Assembly (NCBI GenBank): GCA_965644315.1
Contig: CBFFRQ010000067.1
Span: 186,001-250,000, forward strand
Source: Caecitellus pseudoparvulus
Taxonomy: Eukaryota > Protista > Bigyra: Bicosoecida
Reading direction: 5' to 3'
Length of the DNA stretch: 64,000 nt
The notes beneath the pieces were generated by a model that was given only the letters and a program-made list of their open reading frames with translations, made no database searches and was not told the DNA's origin. Position numbers and translations under genes: made by a program. Positions 32,423 through 43,900 of this stretch are shown one piece after another (the stretch's first letter is position 1; each line of letters begins with the position of its first letter).

Positions 32423-34457
32423 TTATGCGGCGTCAGGACGCACCTTAGACAGCCGCGCCACGTGCACAGCGACGGCATGGGAGCCCTGGGCGGCACCAAG
32501 GGCAGCCACCCACACCAGAGGAGTGGTCAGCGTGGCGTCGAGGTCTAGGGTCGGGTGGAGCACTGCCGCCCATGCGGAAATGCCGCCCAACGCAAGCGCC
32601 CAAATGACCAGTGAGCGCCCGCTGCCAGAGGAGAAGGCGTGGCGCGTGGACAGCAAGCCGACGCTCGCGCACTGTGCAAGGAGTGCACAGGGCCAGCAGG
32701 CACATCCTCCGCACGCAGCTCCAGTTCTTCGATGTCGGAGGGCGTTTCGCGCCGCCTGTGTGACGGCCCACACTGACGTGGCGAGGTAGACACACAGCAG
32801 CGTCATGGGCAAGATGAGCGTGTACCAGGTGGAGAGGCCGTGTGGATCAGGGAGGGATGCATGGCCGGAGCATGTATCAGCGCTTCCTGGTGCGTTGCAG
32901 GCGTGGTTGTGGCTGGCTCTGGCAACCGCCGCCAACGTGCCGACGACAATAGGGGCGGTGTCGACTCCCGTGCGCAGACCTAGGAGCAGGGGCGGCGTGG
33001 AGTTCGTGGGGTGGCTGGGTAGGGCGTGCGTGGCGCTGGCCCACAGAGACGGGAGAGTGCCGCTGAGGCCGAAAGTGGCCACAGCCGAGTCAGCGGTTCG
33101 CAGCGCCCACAGGAGCAGGGTGAGGGCTGTGGCTGACGCCTTCCACACAAAGGAGTGCGTGGAGGCGAGTGCAGCAGCCAATTTCCGCAGGGCAGCTGCT
33201 GCGTTGAGGGCAGTGACTCGGCGCCACGTCGCCTCGCCTGGCAGGCAAGCCAGCACGAGCAGTGTCACCAGGCCAGTGTACTGTGACGCTGCAGCGGCAG
33301 TGACCCAGAGGGCAGCTGCAGCGATTCCTCGAGCATGTGCCATGCTGCGTTGCCGCCAGGCAGAAATGTCCACCAGGCTCCGCACCGCCAGCACAATCGC
33401 CGGCAACGCAGCAGACACGGCCAGCACCCCTGGAACAGACCAGGCTGGCACGGTGTGCATCTCAGACCCCACTGGGAGGATGAAAGTCAACTGATCGGCA
33501 CACGCATACACCATGCACGCGCCAACTGCGACTATGGCGGTGGCAGGCAACACGCCCGCGCCATGCACGAAGACGAAACGCAGCAGTGTGAGCACCAGCG
33601 CCAGCAGCACAGAGACAGGCAGAGCCAGTCCATACAGCGTCTCTCGTCTGCCCGCCCACTGCCCAAAGGGTGTGTCTGCCGGTGGCGCCAGGGTTGCCGG
33701 GTGCAGGAGGGAGGTTGACACCGTCACCGTCGCCTGCACATCGTGCAGCACTTTGGCCACGGCAAGCATGGTGAGGGTCACCATGCCCACGCCAGCCACA
33801 GACACGGCCGTGGTGGATGCCTCTGTGGCCAGGGCAGGCAGCGCGCGACACAGCACCGTGCAGAGGCCAGACTTGGAACCTGCCCCAGCCTCAACGCCAG
33901 GCATGGCCCCGGCGACTGCTGCGTCGCGTCCAGAGGCGGCACTGTTGATGTAGACATCCACGAGGTGTTGCAAGCGCCGGTTTTCTCGAGTGAGCTTGTC
34001 GATGTCCCCCAGAAGGCGGCTTTCAACCTGTGGTGCGGGGGAGACGGTGCGGGCCTGGGCGCGGAAATTGCTCCACCACGCTGTCACATACCTCTGTCTT
34101 TGACGGGGCCTCGGTGGCTGAGCGCGCCGGACGGGCCTGGGACTGTGCCTGCGCGAGGGCATGCAACAGCTCATCCCTTTCCCGTGTGATGTCTTCGAGG
34201 CTGCTCAACAGCATACGCTGGGAGCGCAGTATGGCTGCGTGTGGGCTGCGGGAGGTGTCTCCCCCCCACGAGGCGCCACTGCCGCCCCCCCCAAGATGAA
34301 AGGAACGTTCATCCGGAACCTCTCGACGACCCGACGCATGGGGCGTGTGCTCCATGCCCTCTCTGCCCTGCACTAGCCCACCCGCCCCTCGCCGCTGCGC
34401 CCAGCCAGCCGTTGCAGGCCCGCTGCGTGCCAAGTCTGCATACAAGCAGCCGTGCAT
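32423..34457 (-). CDS. Hypothetical polytopic membrane protein with N-terminal coiled coil
   Basis: ORF 32423-34174 has multiple hydrophobic helices. The upstream exon encodes LLSSLEDITRERDELL; start and splice sites are uncertain. Confidence 0.6.
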
Positions 34458-34608
34458 TTACAGCAAAAGAATAGCCTCAAAAATGTAACCGCGCACGATG
34501 TGCATACCCTCAACGCACTGTAAACTTGTGCAGCATCCACTGCAGCCCCCTGTGCTGGCCCGCCGTTCGGGCGCGTGCCAGGAAACGCACGCGAAACGCA
34601 ACGCCAAC

Positions 34609-35111
34609 ATGTTCACACTGACAGATAACCGGAAGATCGGCATCATGCTGACCAGTTTGGGCCTCTTTTTCATGGTGCTGGGAGTCATGTTGTTCTTCGA
34701 CAGCGGCCTCATCGCCATTGGTGCGTGCAGGCGGCCCCGTTCACGTGGCAGGGGAGCGAACCAACGCGCCTGTCAAGCACAGGCGACATTCTCTTCCTCG
34801 CGAGCTTTCCCTTCCTGGTCGGGGTGCAGAAGTCCGTGCAGTTGTTCAATCCGTTCGCCAAGGGCAACAGCATGCGCGGCATCGCTGCCTTCTTCGTGGG
34901 CGTGGTGCTGGTGCTGCTCAAGTGGGGGCTCGTGGGCATGTTGCTGCAGGCGGCGGGGCTCGTGGACATGTTCGGCACCTTCTTCTGGCGCATCGTGGAT
35001 TTCCTGCGCGGCATGCCCTATGTCAGCACTGTGCTCAACTTTCCCGGTATCAAGCAGGTGGTGGACCTGCTGGCCAACGCATCCGCCAAGCCCCTGGAGA
35101 GCAAAGTGTGA
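34609..35111 (+). CDS. GOT1: Got1/GOLT1 vesicle transport protein (2 exons)
   Basis: MFTLTDNRKIGIMLTSLGLFFMVLGVMLFFDSGLIAIG|DILFL...RGIAAFFVGVVLVLLKWGLVGM...FLRGMP; intron at about 34721-34782. Confidence 0.92.
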
Positions 35112-35207
35112 CGGGCGAGCGACCAGTCGCCGTGAGGTGGTTGCAGGGCCGCGGTCGGGCCTCGGCGTTAATCTCCCGCGCAGGGGTCCCAGGGACATTG
35201 AAAAACG

Positions 35208-37685
35208 TCACATTTTGCAGCTGTCGATCTCGTACGGCTGGGGGGGCGCGGGGGGGCCGCCTGCATGCAAGCTGGACACCACCACCGCCACATCGGACAA
35301 ACTCACGCCGCCCTGCACGTCCACCACCACCAGCGTGTTTGGCGGGCCATCTGGCGCATGCAAGGCGTCCAGAGGGACGTGGTACAGGCGCTGGGTGAGC
35401 AGGCCAGACCCGTCGTTGCGCAGCACTGACCAGAATGTACCCATGTCCACTCCGTTCACGTACCACACGCCGCGGCGGAACCCTGACAAATCCACCGCAA
35501 CAGAGAACGGAGTGCCGGCCACCGCACCATCGGGGCGGCTTGGCGTGCTGAAGGTCGTGCGGAACCACGTCAGGGGCTGCGACGTGCCGTCTGCAGGCGG
35601 GGGGCCCCATGGCAGAGTCGCAGGTTGTGCGGAATTTGACGAGGCAGCACTTTGTCCGACCAGCCCCTTGCGCTGCGTCCAGGGGCCCAGCAGTGTGCCC
35701 CCGAGCGGGAAGGAAGCGTCACTAATGCCTGTGCTCTGCTTGCCGGCTCCTGACGGGAAGAAGTTGTTGTAGCCCAGGCTCTGGGAGAGAATAGTCAGGC
35801 GTGCCGTGCCGGGAGCGGATGCCGGGCTTGAAGGACAGGGGATGGTGTAGGTCTTGGTGCTGCCGTCGTGTGTGGCGTCGGCCGCCACCCCCACAACGCT
35901 GCCGTTCAGCCACGCAGTGAGTCCGACGCTGCTCCAGGCAGAGACGGTCAGCGGGAAGCCTTCCGATGCTAGCGGCAGAGCCACGTCGACGTCGTACAGC
36001 ATGAAGGCGTTGAACGCCGCATCGCCCAACTGCACGCTGGCGTTGCCTTGCTCAAGGGGTGTGGACGACGTCACATTGGGCAGGGGGGGACCGCCCAGGA
36101 CAGGCTCTTGCCAGGCCTGCCAGGCGCCGAGGCAGTCTGGACATGGCGAGCTGACCCGGTGTGTTGCGGGTGTTGCAACGTCGGCAGTGTCAAACAGGAC
36201 ATTTCCTGAGGCCTCGTCCACCACCAGCACGCTCTGGGGCTGCATGGGGTACTTGCGTCCGCCGTACAACACGTACAGCTCCCCGCCCATGAACTGGTTC
36301 TCCAAGAACACCACGCCCCCGTGGCCCTGTTCAGATGGGTACCGCCAGCCCAGCTGCTGTGTTCCGTTCACGAACGCCTTTCCGTCAAAGTACGGCACTG
36401 TGAACTGCTTCCCGGTCTGGGCAGGGGCTGCCAGCAGCACTGGCGCAATGTGCGCAAGGGTGCTGTGCATGGCAGTGAAGTGGGCAGCCTTGGTGGGGTG
36501 TGGGAGCAGGTCTGGGCAGAGGGGCGCGTCCAGGCTGTACGCATTGGTAATGCCGGCGCCTGCCCAGTGCCCGACGTTGTTCCCGCCGGTCCACATGTAG
36601 TAGTTGACGTGGGAGCCGCCGCGTGCAAACCAGCGCAAGGTGTGGTACGCTTGCAGAGCGGGGGGCACGCCCCACCTGTAGTTGGTGGGCAAGGCTGGGG
36701 ACTCGCCCCAAAGTTGAAACCCGCCCTCATCCTCGGTCCACAGGGGGGGCTGGCTGACACCGATGGCGCCAGACTGGCCATGGCTCTCGATGAAGTCCAC
36801 GCAGTCGAAGCCGTTGCAGGTGTTGATGGTGAGGGGGCTGGAGTTGCCGTTGCACATGAGGATGGGCACCCACACGCCCGCTGACGTCAGCGTGGCATTG
36901 GCCATGCGCCCACACCAGTCCACGTACGCCATGTCGTCGCCGTGCAGCTCGTTCTCCACCTGCACCATGACGATGGGCCCACCCTGTGCGGCGAAGAACG
37001 GCCGCGCAACGTCCACCACCCGCTGGAACCAGCCTTGCATGGCTGCTTGCCAGGGCCCCTCAGAACTCCGCAGGCGCATGCCTGGCTTCAGGCCCAGCCA
37101 CACCGGCACACCACCGTACGTCCACTCAGCGCAGACGTATGGACCGATGCGCAGGTTGACGAAGCTGGGAATGAGGGCGGGGGTCCGGGGCGTGTGAAGG
37201 TGCGGAGGATGAGGCAGAGCACCACACTTGAGCCTCACAGTCCGTGGGACGCAGCCTTTTCCAGGAACAGGGTGAAGTTCCCGCGGCCCTCCCAGTTAAA
37301 AGTGCCCTCCACAGGCTCATGGAAGTTCCAGAACGTGTACCTGCAGTGTGCGGCGGCGCCGTGAGGGCCGAGTCGGCGTGGTGGGCAAGTGCACTGCACA
37401 TGGTTGCCACACGCACACCTCCACCATGTTCAGCCCCGACGCCACCATGTTGGCAAAGACCACGTCCCACTCTTGTACACTCAGCCGAGGCGGGTGCACA
37501 GACCCGCTGAGGAACAGCGAAGGCTGCCCATTCAGCGTGATGGCGCGTGGCGAAAAGTCAACGGTAAATGGCTGGCCCGAGAAGTCCTTGTAGGCAGGGA
37601 AGAAGCTGCTGCCAGCTGCAGCAGTGGACACCGCTGCCAGCACAATGCTGAGCGCTGCGGCGCTCCTTGTGCCTGTGGCTGCCAT
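35208..37685 (-). CDS. Secreted beta-galactosidase, glycoside hydrolase family 35
   Basis: Signal peptide; LFLSGSVHPPR, VFWNFHEP, FVNLRIGPYVCAEWTYGGVPVWL, QGGPIVMVQVENE (acid/base), WTED (nucleophile), NYYMWTGGNN and TQRLYHVP. Confidence 0.93.
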
Positions 37686-37857
37686 TGTGGATGGGGCTGG
37701 GCGATTCAGCTGCCGGGCGCCGGGACCGCAATCCTCGCCTCTTCTCTGCACTTTGGAGGTACTCGGGAACACCACTGAAGCACAGGGGGCATGGTGAACG
37801 CGAAGGAAGTGATACTTTTCATTTTGAAGTGGGGTCACTGCTTCTCTGTCTCACCGC

Positions 37858-37906
37858 GGTCTCGCCAGGGGCGGACACGGGTCTCGCCAGGGGCGGACAC
37901 GGGTCT
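37858..37906. repeat. 22-bp tandem duplication upstream of the GH35 gene
   Basis: ggtctcgccaggggcggacacg x2 followed by ggtct. Confidence 0.9.
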
Positions 37907-37991
37907 GCTGCTTTGGGCGAAGTGGTTGGCTTGCATTGCGGAGGCAGTCAATGACCTCTGGTGCGCAGTTTTCAGACTCACAGCGAAAAGC

Positions 37992-40900
37992 TCACTTCCA
38001 AGCTTCAATTTGCAACGGTGACATGACCACTCTCGTGCTCTTCTCCTCGGGCTTGGCCGCCGCCGTGGGTTTAGGGGCTGCCGCCGTTGGAGCTTGGGCT
38101 GCAGAGGTGAACCAGCCCATGCGCCGCCCCACGAGAATCACCGCGGCAATGAGGGCCAGGAAGAGAACACTGCCAACAGCGATTCCAGCGGTTCCACCGG
38201 CAGACAAGCTTGTGGAGGCTGGCTTGGCACTGCCGCCAGAGGCCGGTGGAGCCTCTGATGCACTTGGGGACACAGTGCCGGTTGCAGAGTGAGAGGGTGT
38301 GGAGGTTGGGGAAGAGGTGGAGGAAGGCGGGGGCTGGGAAGAGGTGGGGGACGAGTGAGAACTTGCTGAGGGTGAGCTGGAAGGGGATCTGGATGCAAGA
38401 GGTGAGGCGCCGGTGCTGCGGCTGGGGTCCGCAGTGGGTGACACGCTGGGCGACACCGAGGCAGATGGTGTGGAGCCCTCAGTCGGGGACACGCTGGGCG
38501 ACACCGATGCAGATGGTGTGGAGCCCTCAGTCGGGGACACGCTGGGCGACACCGATGCAGATGGTGTGGAGCCCTCAGTGGGTGAGACGCTGGGCGACAC
38601 CGAGGCAGATGGTGTGGAGCCCTCAGTGGGCGACACGCTGGGCGACACCGAGGCAGATGGTGTGGAGCCCTCAGTCGGGGACACGCTGGGCGACACCGAG
38701 GCAGATGGTGTGGAGCCCTCAGTGGGCGACACGCTGGGCGACACCGATGCAGATGGTGTGGAGCCCTCAGTTGGTGACACGCTGGGCGACACCGATGCAG
38801 ATGGTGTGGAGCCCTCAGTCGGCGACACGCTGGGCGACACCGAGGCAGATGGTGTGGAGCCCTCAGTCGGGGACACGCTGGGCGACACCGAGGCAGATGG
38901 TGTGGAGCCCTCAGTGGGCGACACGCTGGGCGACACCGAGGCAGATGGTGTGGAGCCCTCAGTTGGTGACACGCTGGGCGACACCGATGCAGATGGTGTG
39001 GAGCCCTCAGTCGGGGACACGCTGGGCGACACCGAGGCAGATGGTGTGGAGCCCTCAGTCGGGGACACGCTGGGCGACACCGAGGCAGATGGTGTGGAGC
39101 CCTCAGTCGGGGACACGCTGGGCGACACCGAGGCAGATGGTGTGGAGCCCTCAGTCGGGGACACGCTGGGCGACACCGAGGCAGATGGTGTGGAGCCCTC
39201 AGTCGGGGACACGCTGGGCGACACCGAGGCAGATGGTGTGGAGCCCTCAGTCGGGGACACGCTGGGCGACACCGATGCAGATGGTGTGGAGCCCTCAGTC
39301 GGGGACACGCTGGGCGACACCGAGGCAGATGGTGTGGAGCCCTCAGTGGGCGACACGCTGGGCGACACCGATGCAGATGGTGTGGAGCCCTCAGTGGGTG
39401 AGACGCTGGGCGACACCGATGCAGATGGTGTGGCCGATGACGTCGGCGATGGTGATGGTGTGGGCGATGTGGTTGCTAGCGGCGCCGGCACCGTCCCCAT
39501 CACATCAGTCAGTCCCACACCCGCTGTTACGATTCCGTCCCCATCACCACCCTCCACACGCGCAAGACAATCCAACCACGCCCCATGCTCCACCTCACCA
39601 CTGCATGGAGCGTCGCCCCGAACTGCCACAGACTGAGACGCGTTCGCAGGGCCCACCTCCACACGCATGCGGCACGTGCCATGCCAGACGGGCGAACCCA
39701 GACGCTCCGTCAAGACATACTGCACCTTCGACGCTCGGCCCCGCAGCACCATACAAGCAGGCCTGCCGCCTCCACATGCACTGTGCAACACCCGCTCAGA
39801 CAATGGCACACCCTGACCGGCGCCTGTGTACCAGGCCTGCAGCGTGTCCCTGATGGTCTGCAGGTACGCTTGTGGCGCGGCCGGACTGCACGCCCCCTCC
39901 GTCAAGCGCACCTGCACGTACGGCAAGAGCGACCACACAGTGGTGGCACCAGGCGTTAACCAGCTCAAACAAGACGCCGCATCCGCACATGCTGCCGGCG
40001 CAACCTGCACACCCCCCGCCCACGGCAAGCCCAACCCACTCCCCGACAGGGACGGCAGCTCCACACCTGGCACCTTGGCCACCCAGTGGCTGGAGCGGAA
40101 GGTCACCCCCGGCACACTGCCGATCGTGCTCGTAGACGTCGTGCCGCTCGTCATGCTCGCGCTGTCGTCCACAGCCTGCCTGTTGGGGTACAGCACGAGG
40201 CCCTCGTCGTCGTCGCCCAGGGCGTCCGTCACAGCAGACACCACCCGGTCGCAGATGGTGCCCGCCCGACTCCAGAAGAAGCCTGCCACCTGACACAGCA
40301 GCGACTTCGCCTCCCGCAGCGCAGGGCTTCCCGGCAGCTCCGCCACATGCACACCTCGCAACAAGGGGAAGCTGTCGCCGTCCACTCGCACCTGCGCCGA
40401 CGCCAACATGCTCCCGTACGACAACCACTTCACCCACGCCTGCACATCGCCAGGCAGCCCAGATGCTGGAAACGTACCCACACGACTCTGGCCATGTGTA
40501 GCTGCTGAGAGATTCACCGACGCGCCCCCCTGCGTCCACAGCTCAAGCACAGACGCCCCCCCGGCACTGACGTTGGGCAGCAGCGACACACCAGTCTGGC
40601 CGCGGGCTGCACCCGAGTCCGACACACCCAGCACGAGCTCCCCTGCGAGCTGCAGCGGCTGCTGCGTCACAGTCTGTGTGCTGGGCAACAGCGCCCGCAC
40701 CTCCACTTGCAACGCGCCCGCTCGACTCCACCTCGACGCAGCCTCCCGTGCAAGCTGCAACAAGGCCTTGCGCGACACGCTGGTGGAGCCTGCGATGCCC
40801 CAGCTCACGCTCGGCAGCAGGCCCTCCGCCAACGGGCGCATCGCAGACCCTGCATCAGGCACGAACACCGTGCCACTCACGCCCACTTGCTGCGGACACG

Positions 40901-43900
40901 CTGGCCCTGACCCCGGCATGCTGTCACATGGCATCTTCGCCTGCACCTCCCCCACCGGCACACCCAAGGCACTCTGCTCTGGGCTCGCTGCCGCTGTCAC
41001 GTACAGTGCGCTGGAGCTCGCATTCACCTCCGGCGCTTGCAACTCCTGCATGGTGCCTCGCAGCCCCGCCGCAGCGATGATCGCGCCAGCGGTGCTGTCC
41101 AGCAGCAAACTCGCCTGCAGCAGCAGTGGCCGCAGTGGCAGTTTGAACGCCAAGTGGTTGTATGGCAGCAGCGGCAGCACAGGGTACTTGAACGCGTTTA
41201 TCTGTAGCAGCTGTGAGAGTGAAGGGGCCCACGTCGACCTTTTGTGGGCACCCACTGCCTGCCCAACACACATGGAGCCAAACGACACGCCGGTCGCGTT
41301 ACAGTCGGCCGGCACGGCGCCAGGTGCACAGGCGCCCCGCATGGCCAACAAGACAGATCCCGATGGCGTGCACAGTGGTTTCTGCTGGTACGCTGCGATG
41401 CAAGTTGACATCTGGACGGGCCAAAGAAACTCAGGACCGTTGCCTGTCCGGCGGTTGGCGATGTACGTTGCCAGTGGAGTCGCGTCAAACACCGGCCCCA
41501 GACCAGACACAGCCAGCCAAGGCACCCACATGTTGTCAAAAGGGTTCACCGTCGGTGGCAGCCCCGCAGGTGTGCGGTACTTCTGCTGCTTGGCAACCAC
41601 CTTCACCTCACCGTCACTGGCGCCTGCATGCGCCAAGTGCTCCTGAATCGCCAACCGCAACGCAGCTGCAGGCGGCATCGTCGGCTCTGTGGAGTTCTTC
41701 ACACGCTGCCACAGCCACTTGGCAGTGGCTTCTGCAGCGCCACCAGGGTCTGACGCCTGCACCGACACGCCTTTCTGCGACACCGCCTCCTGCAAACCGC
41801 CCGCATCCAACTCGGCCTCACCACGCACGGCCAGGATCACAACGCCACCATTCCGCACATCCGCCACATCAACACTCAGGCTGATGTTGGCCAGCACGCT
41901 GCGAGCGCGGGGTAGGACATGCATGGACGACAGCCAGTCACCGAGGGAGGCTGGGATCTGGTCAAACCTGTAGAAATCTTGAATCGGGGCATTGCGGCCA
42001 ACGTGCGTCCACACTGACGGGCAGTACCCACCAATTTTGAAGCGGAAAGGAAGGTTGTCATACGTCCACTTTGTTGCGATGCCGTCACGCGGGGTGGTTA
42101 CAAACCCGGACACCCCAGATGTACCCACAGACGTGCCTTCAGTGCTGAAAGAGTACGACGTGGAGTCTGAGCTGGTCCTGCTATAGGGCCAGGATGAAAT
42201 CCACGTTGTCCATCTCCTGAATCGGGTGCGCTGGGCGTTCCGCGCGTGCCTCACGAAGCGGGGCGGCCCCCCCACCTCCTCATCACTGCGCGCTAGGGCC
42301 GCGTCCACAGCATTGCTCAACGCAGCTGATGCAGCGAAGCCCTCCGTCACGGCAGCGAGGGCGTTGTTTACCAAGGCCGTCGCGTTTACAGAGATGTCCA
42401 CATGCACCGTATCCGTCACAGTCACACGCACCGCAGCGTCCACACCCACGACCCTGCGGCTGTCTCCATCAGACGCCCACACACACTCTGCCCCTGAGCC
42501 GCCCGACTCCGCTGACCCCACAGGGTCCATGCACAGGCTCAGCTGCCCTGCCCACTCCCCTGCGAGGTCCAAACCAAACGCCGATGCCGCAGATGGCAGG
42601 TCATACACCTCATCCATCGACCACTCAGCGGTCAGCACGCCATCACGGCTGGCAGAGGGCGAACCCTCCTCCGTGCGGCGCTTGCCTGGCTCGCCGAACG
42701 CTGACCCACTCAGGAATGCAGAGCTGCTGGCGAAGTTCAGCAGCTTCAACATGTTCCATGCGCCGTAGCCATACACCGTAGTGTACTGGCTGGTCAATGC
42801 CTGCTCGTCCCACCCCGACAGCCACCGCACACCCTCGTCAAAGCCCGCCGGCACCATGTTGTCGGGCACATCAGGCAGGATGGTGGTGTTGTGTGCGTAT
42901 GGCCAGGCACACAGCTGCGTGCCGATGAAGCCCGCTGGGTCTGTGCCTGGTACATCCTTCTCGGACAGGACCCACCAGTTGCGGTTCGCCGCCGAGAAGC
43001 CGAGGTTTCCCACAATGTCGCAGGCGCGCACAGGCAGCGAGCCGACCGTGAAGGTGTCCAGCACGCCTTGCTCGTCGCTGTAGCTCCACGCCAAGTCGTT
43101 GTTGATTGCCATGATGGGCTGCACCAGTACTGCCACGTTACGCAAGTGCCACAGAGGCAATAGAAGCGGTGCCACAGGTGTCGCCGCCCGCGCCAGCCGG
43201 ATGTCAGAGCTGGACACCGCCACCGCTGCGCTCTGCAACCCCGTCACTGCTGTAGCTCGGAACTCCGCCGACATGCTGGGCGACGCCACTGCATCATACG
43301 CATGCTGTCCGCACACGCTCGCCAAGGTCATGTTCACAAGCAGCTCCACTCTGATGATGGGTGTGCCGCGCGGAATGCTCACAGTCACTCCACGCAGCCC
43401 GCAATCCAACACCGTCGACTCGCCGCCGCCGCCGCCGGACAGCGTGAGGTTCGTAGAAAGGCCGCTAGCAGGGAACATCACTTGATAGCCACCATTTGGT
43501 AGTCCGTCTGTGTCCAACTCTACCTTCACTGTTGCCAAATCAGGCTGTGTGGCGGGATATGGCGTCTCCATACTCACACTGCGAAAGTTCACCATCTGCA
43601 CACGAGGACGTGTGACGCGGCCCAGCGCCCGACCTGCGCCAGCAGGCAGCATCTCCTCTGGCAAGGTCGCAGTACTCAACAGTGGGACCCACGCAAGGGA
43701 AGGCAGTGAGCTTACCATCAACACCGCAGGAGCCTGTGCCACCCACAGCATCGTGCTCGGGGACCGAAGTGACGCCAACAGGCGCTGCACTGATGCGTGC
43801 ATGCTGGCCTCCACGTCGTCCATCGCGTCCTCTGACGCCTGCGATGCTGCAGGCAGCAGTGCACTCCAGTCCGGCGCATCGTGGGTGTCAGGACTCAGCG

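Noticed and set aside
34498-35772. 424-aa ORF starting in the Got1 frame
   Set aside because: Read-through of the Got1 intron into the antisense strand of the GH35 gene.
38210-39853. Plus-strand repeat ORFs (WATPRQMVWSPQ and GDTLGDTEADGVEPS)
   Set aside because: Antisense frames of the 48-bp minisatellite. Variation is synonymous in the minus-strand frame but changes residues in these frames.
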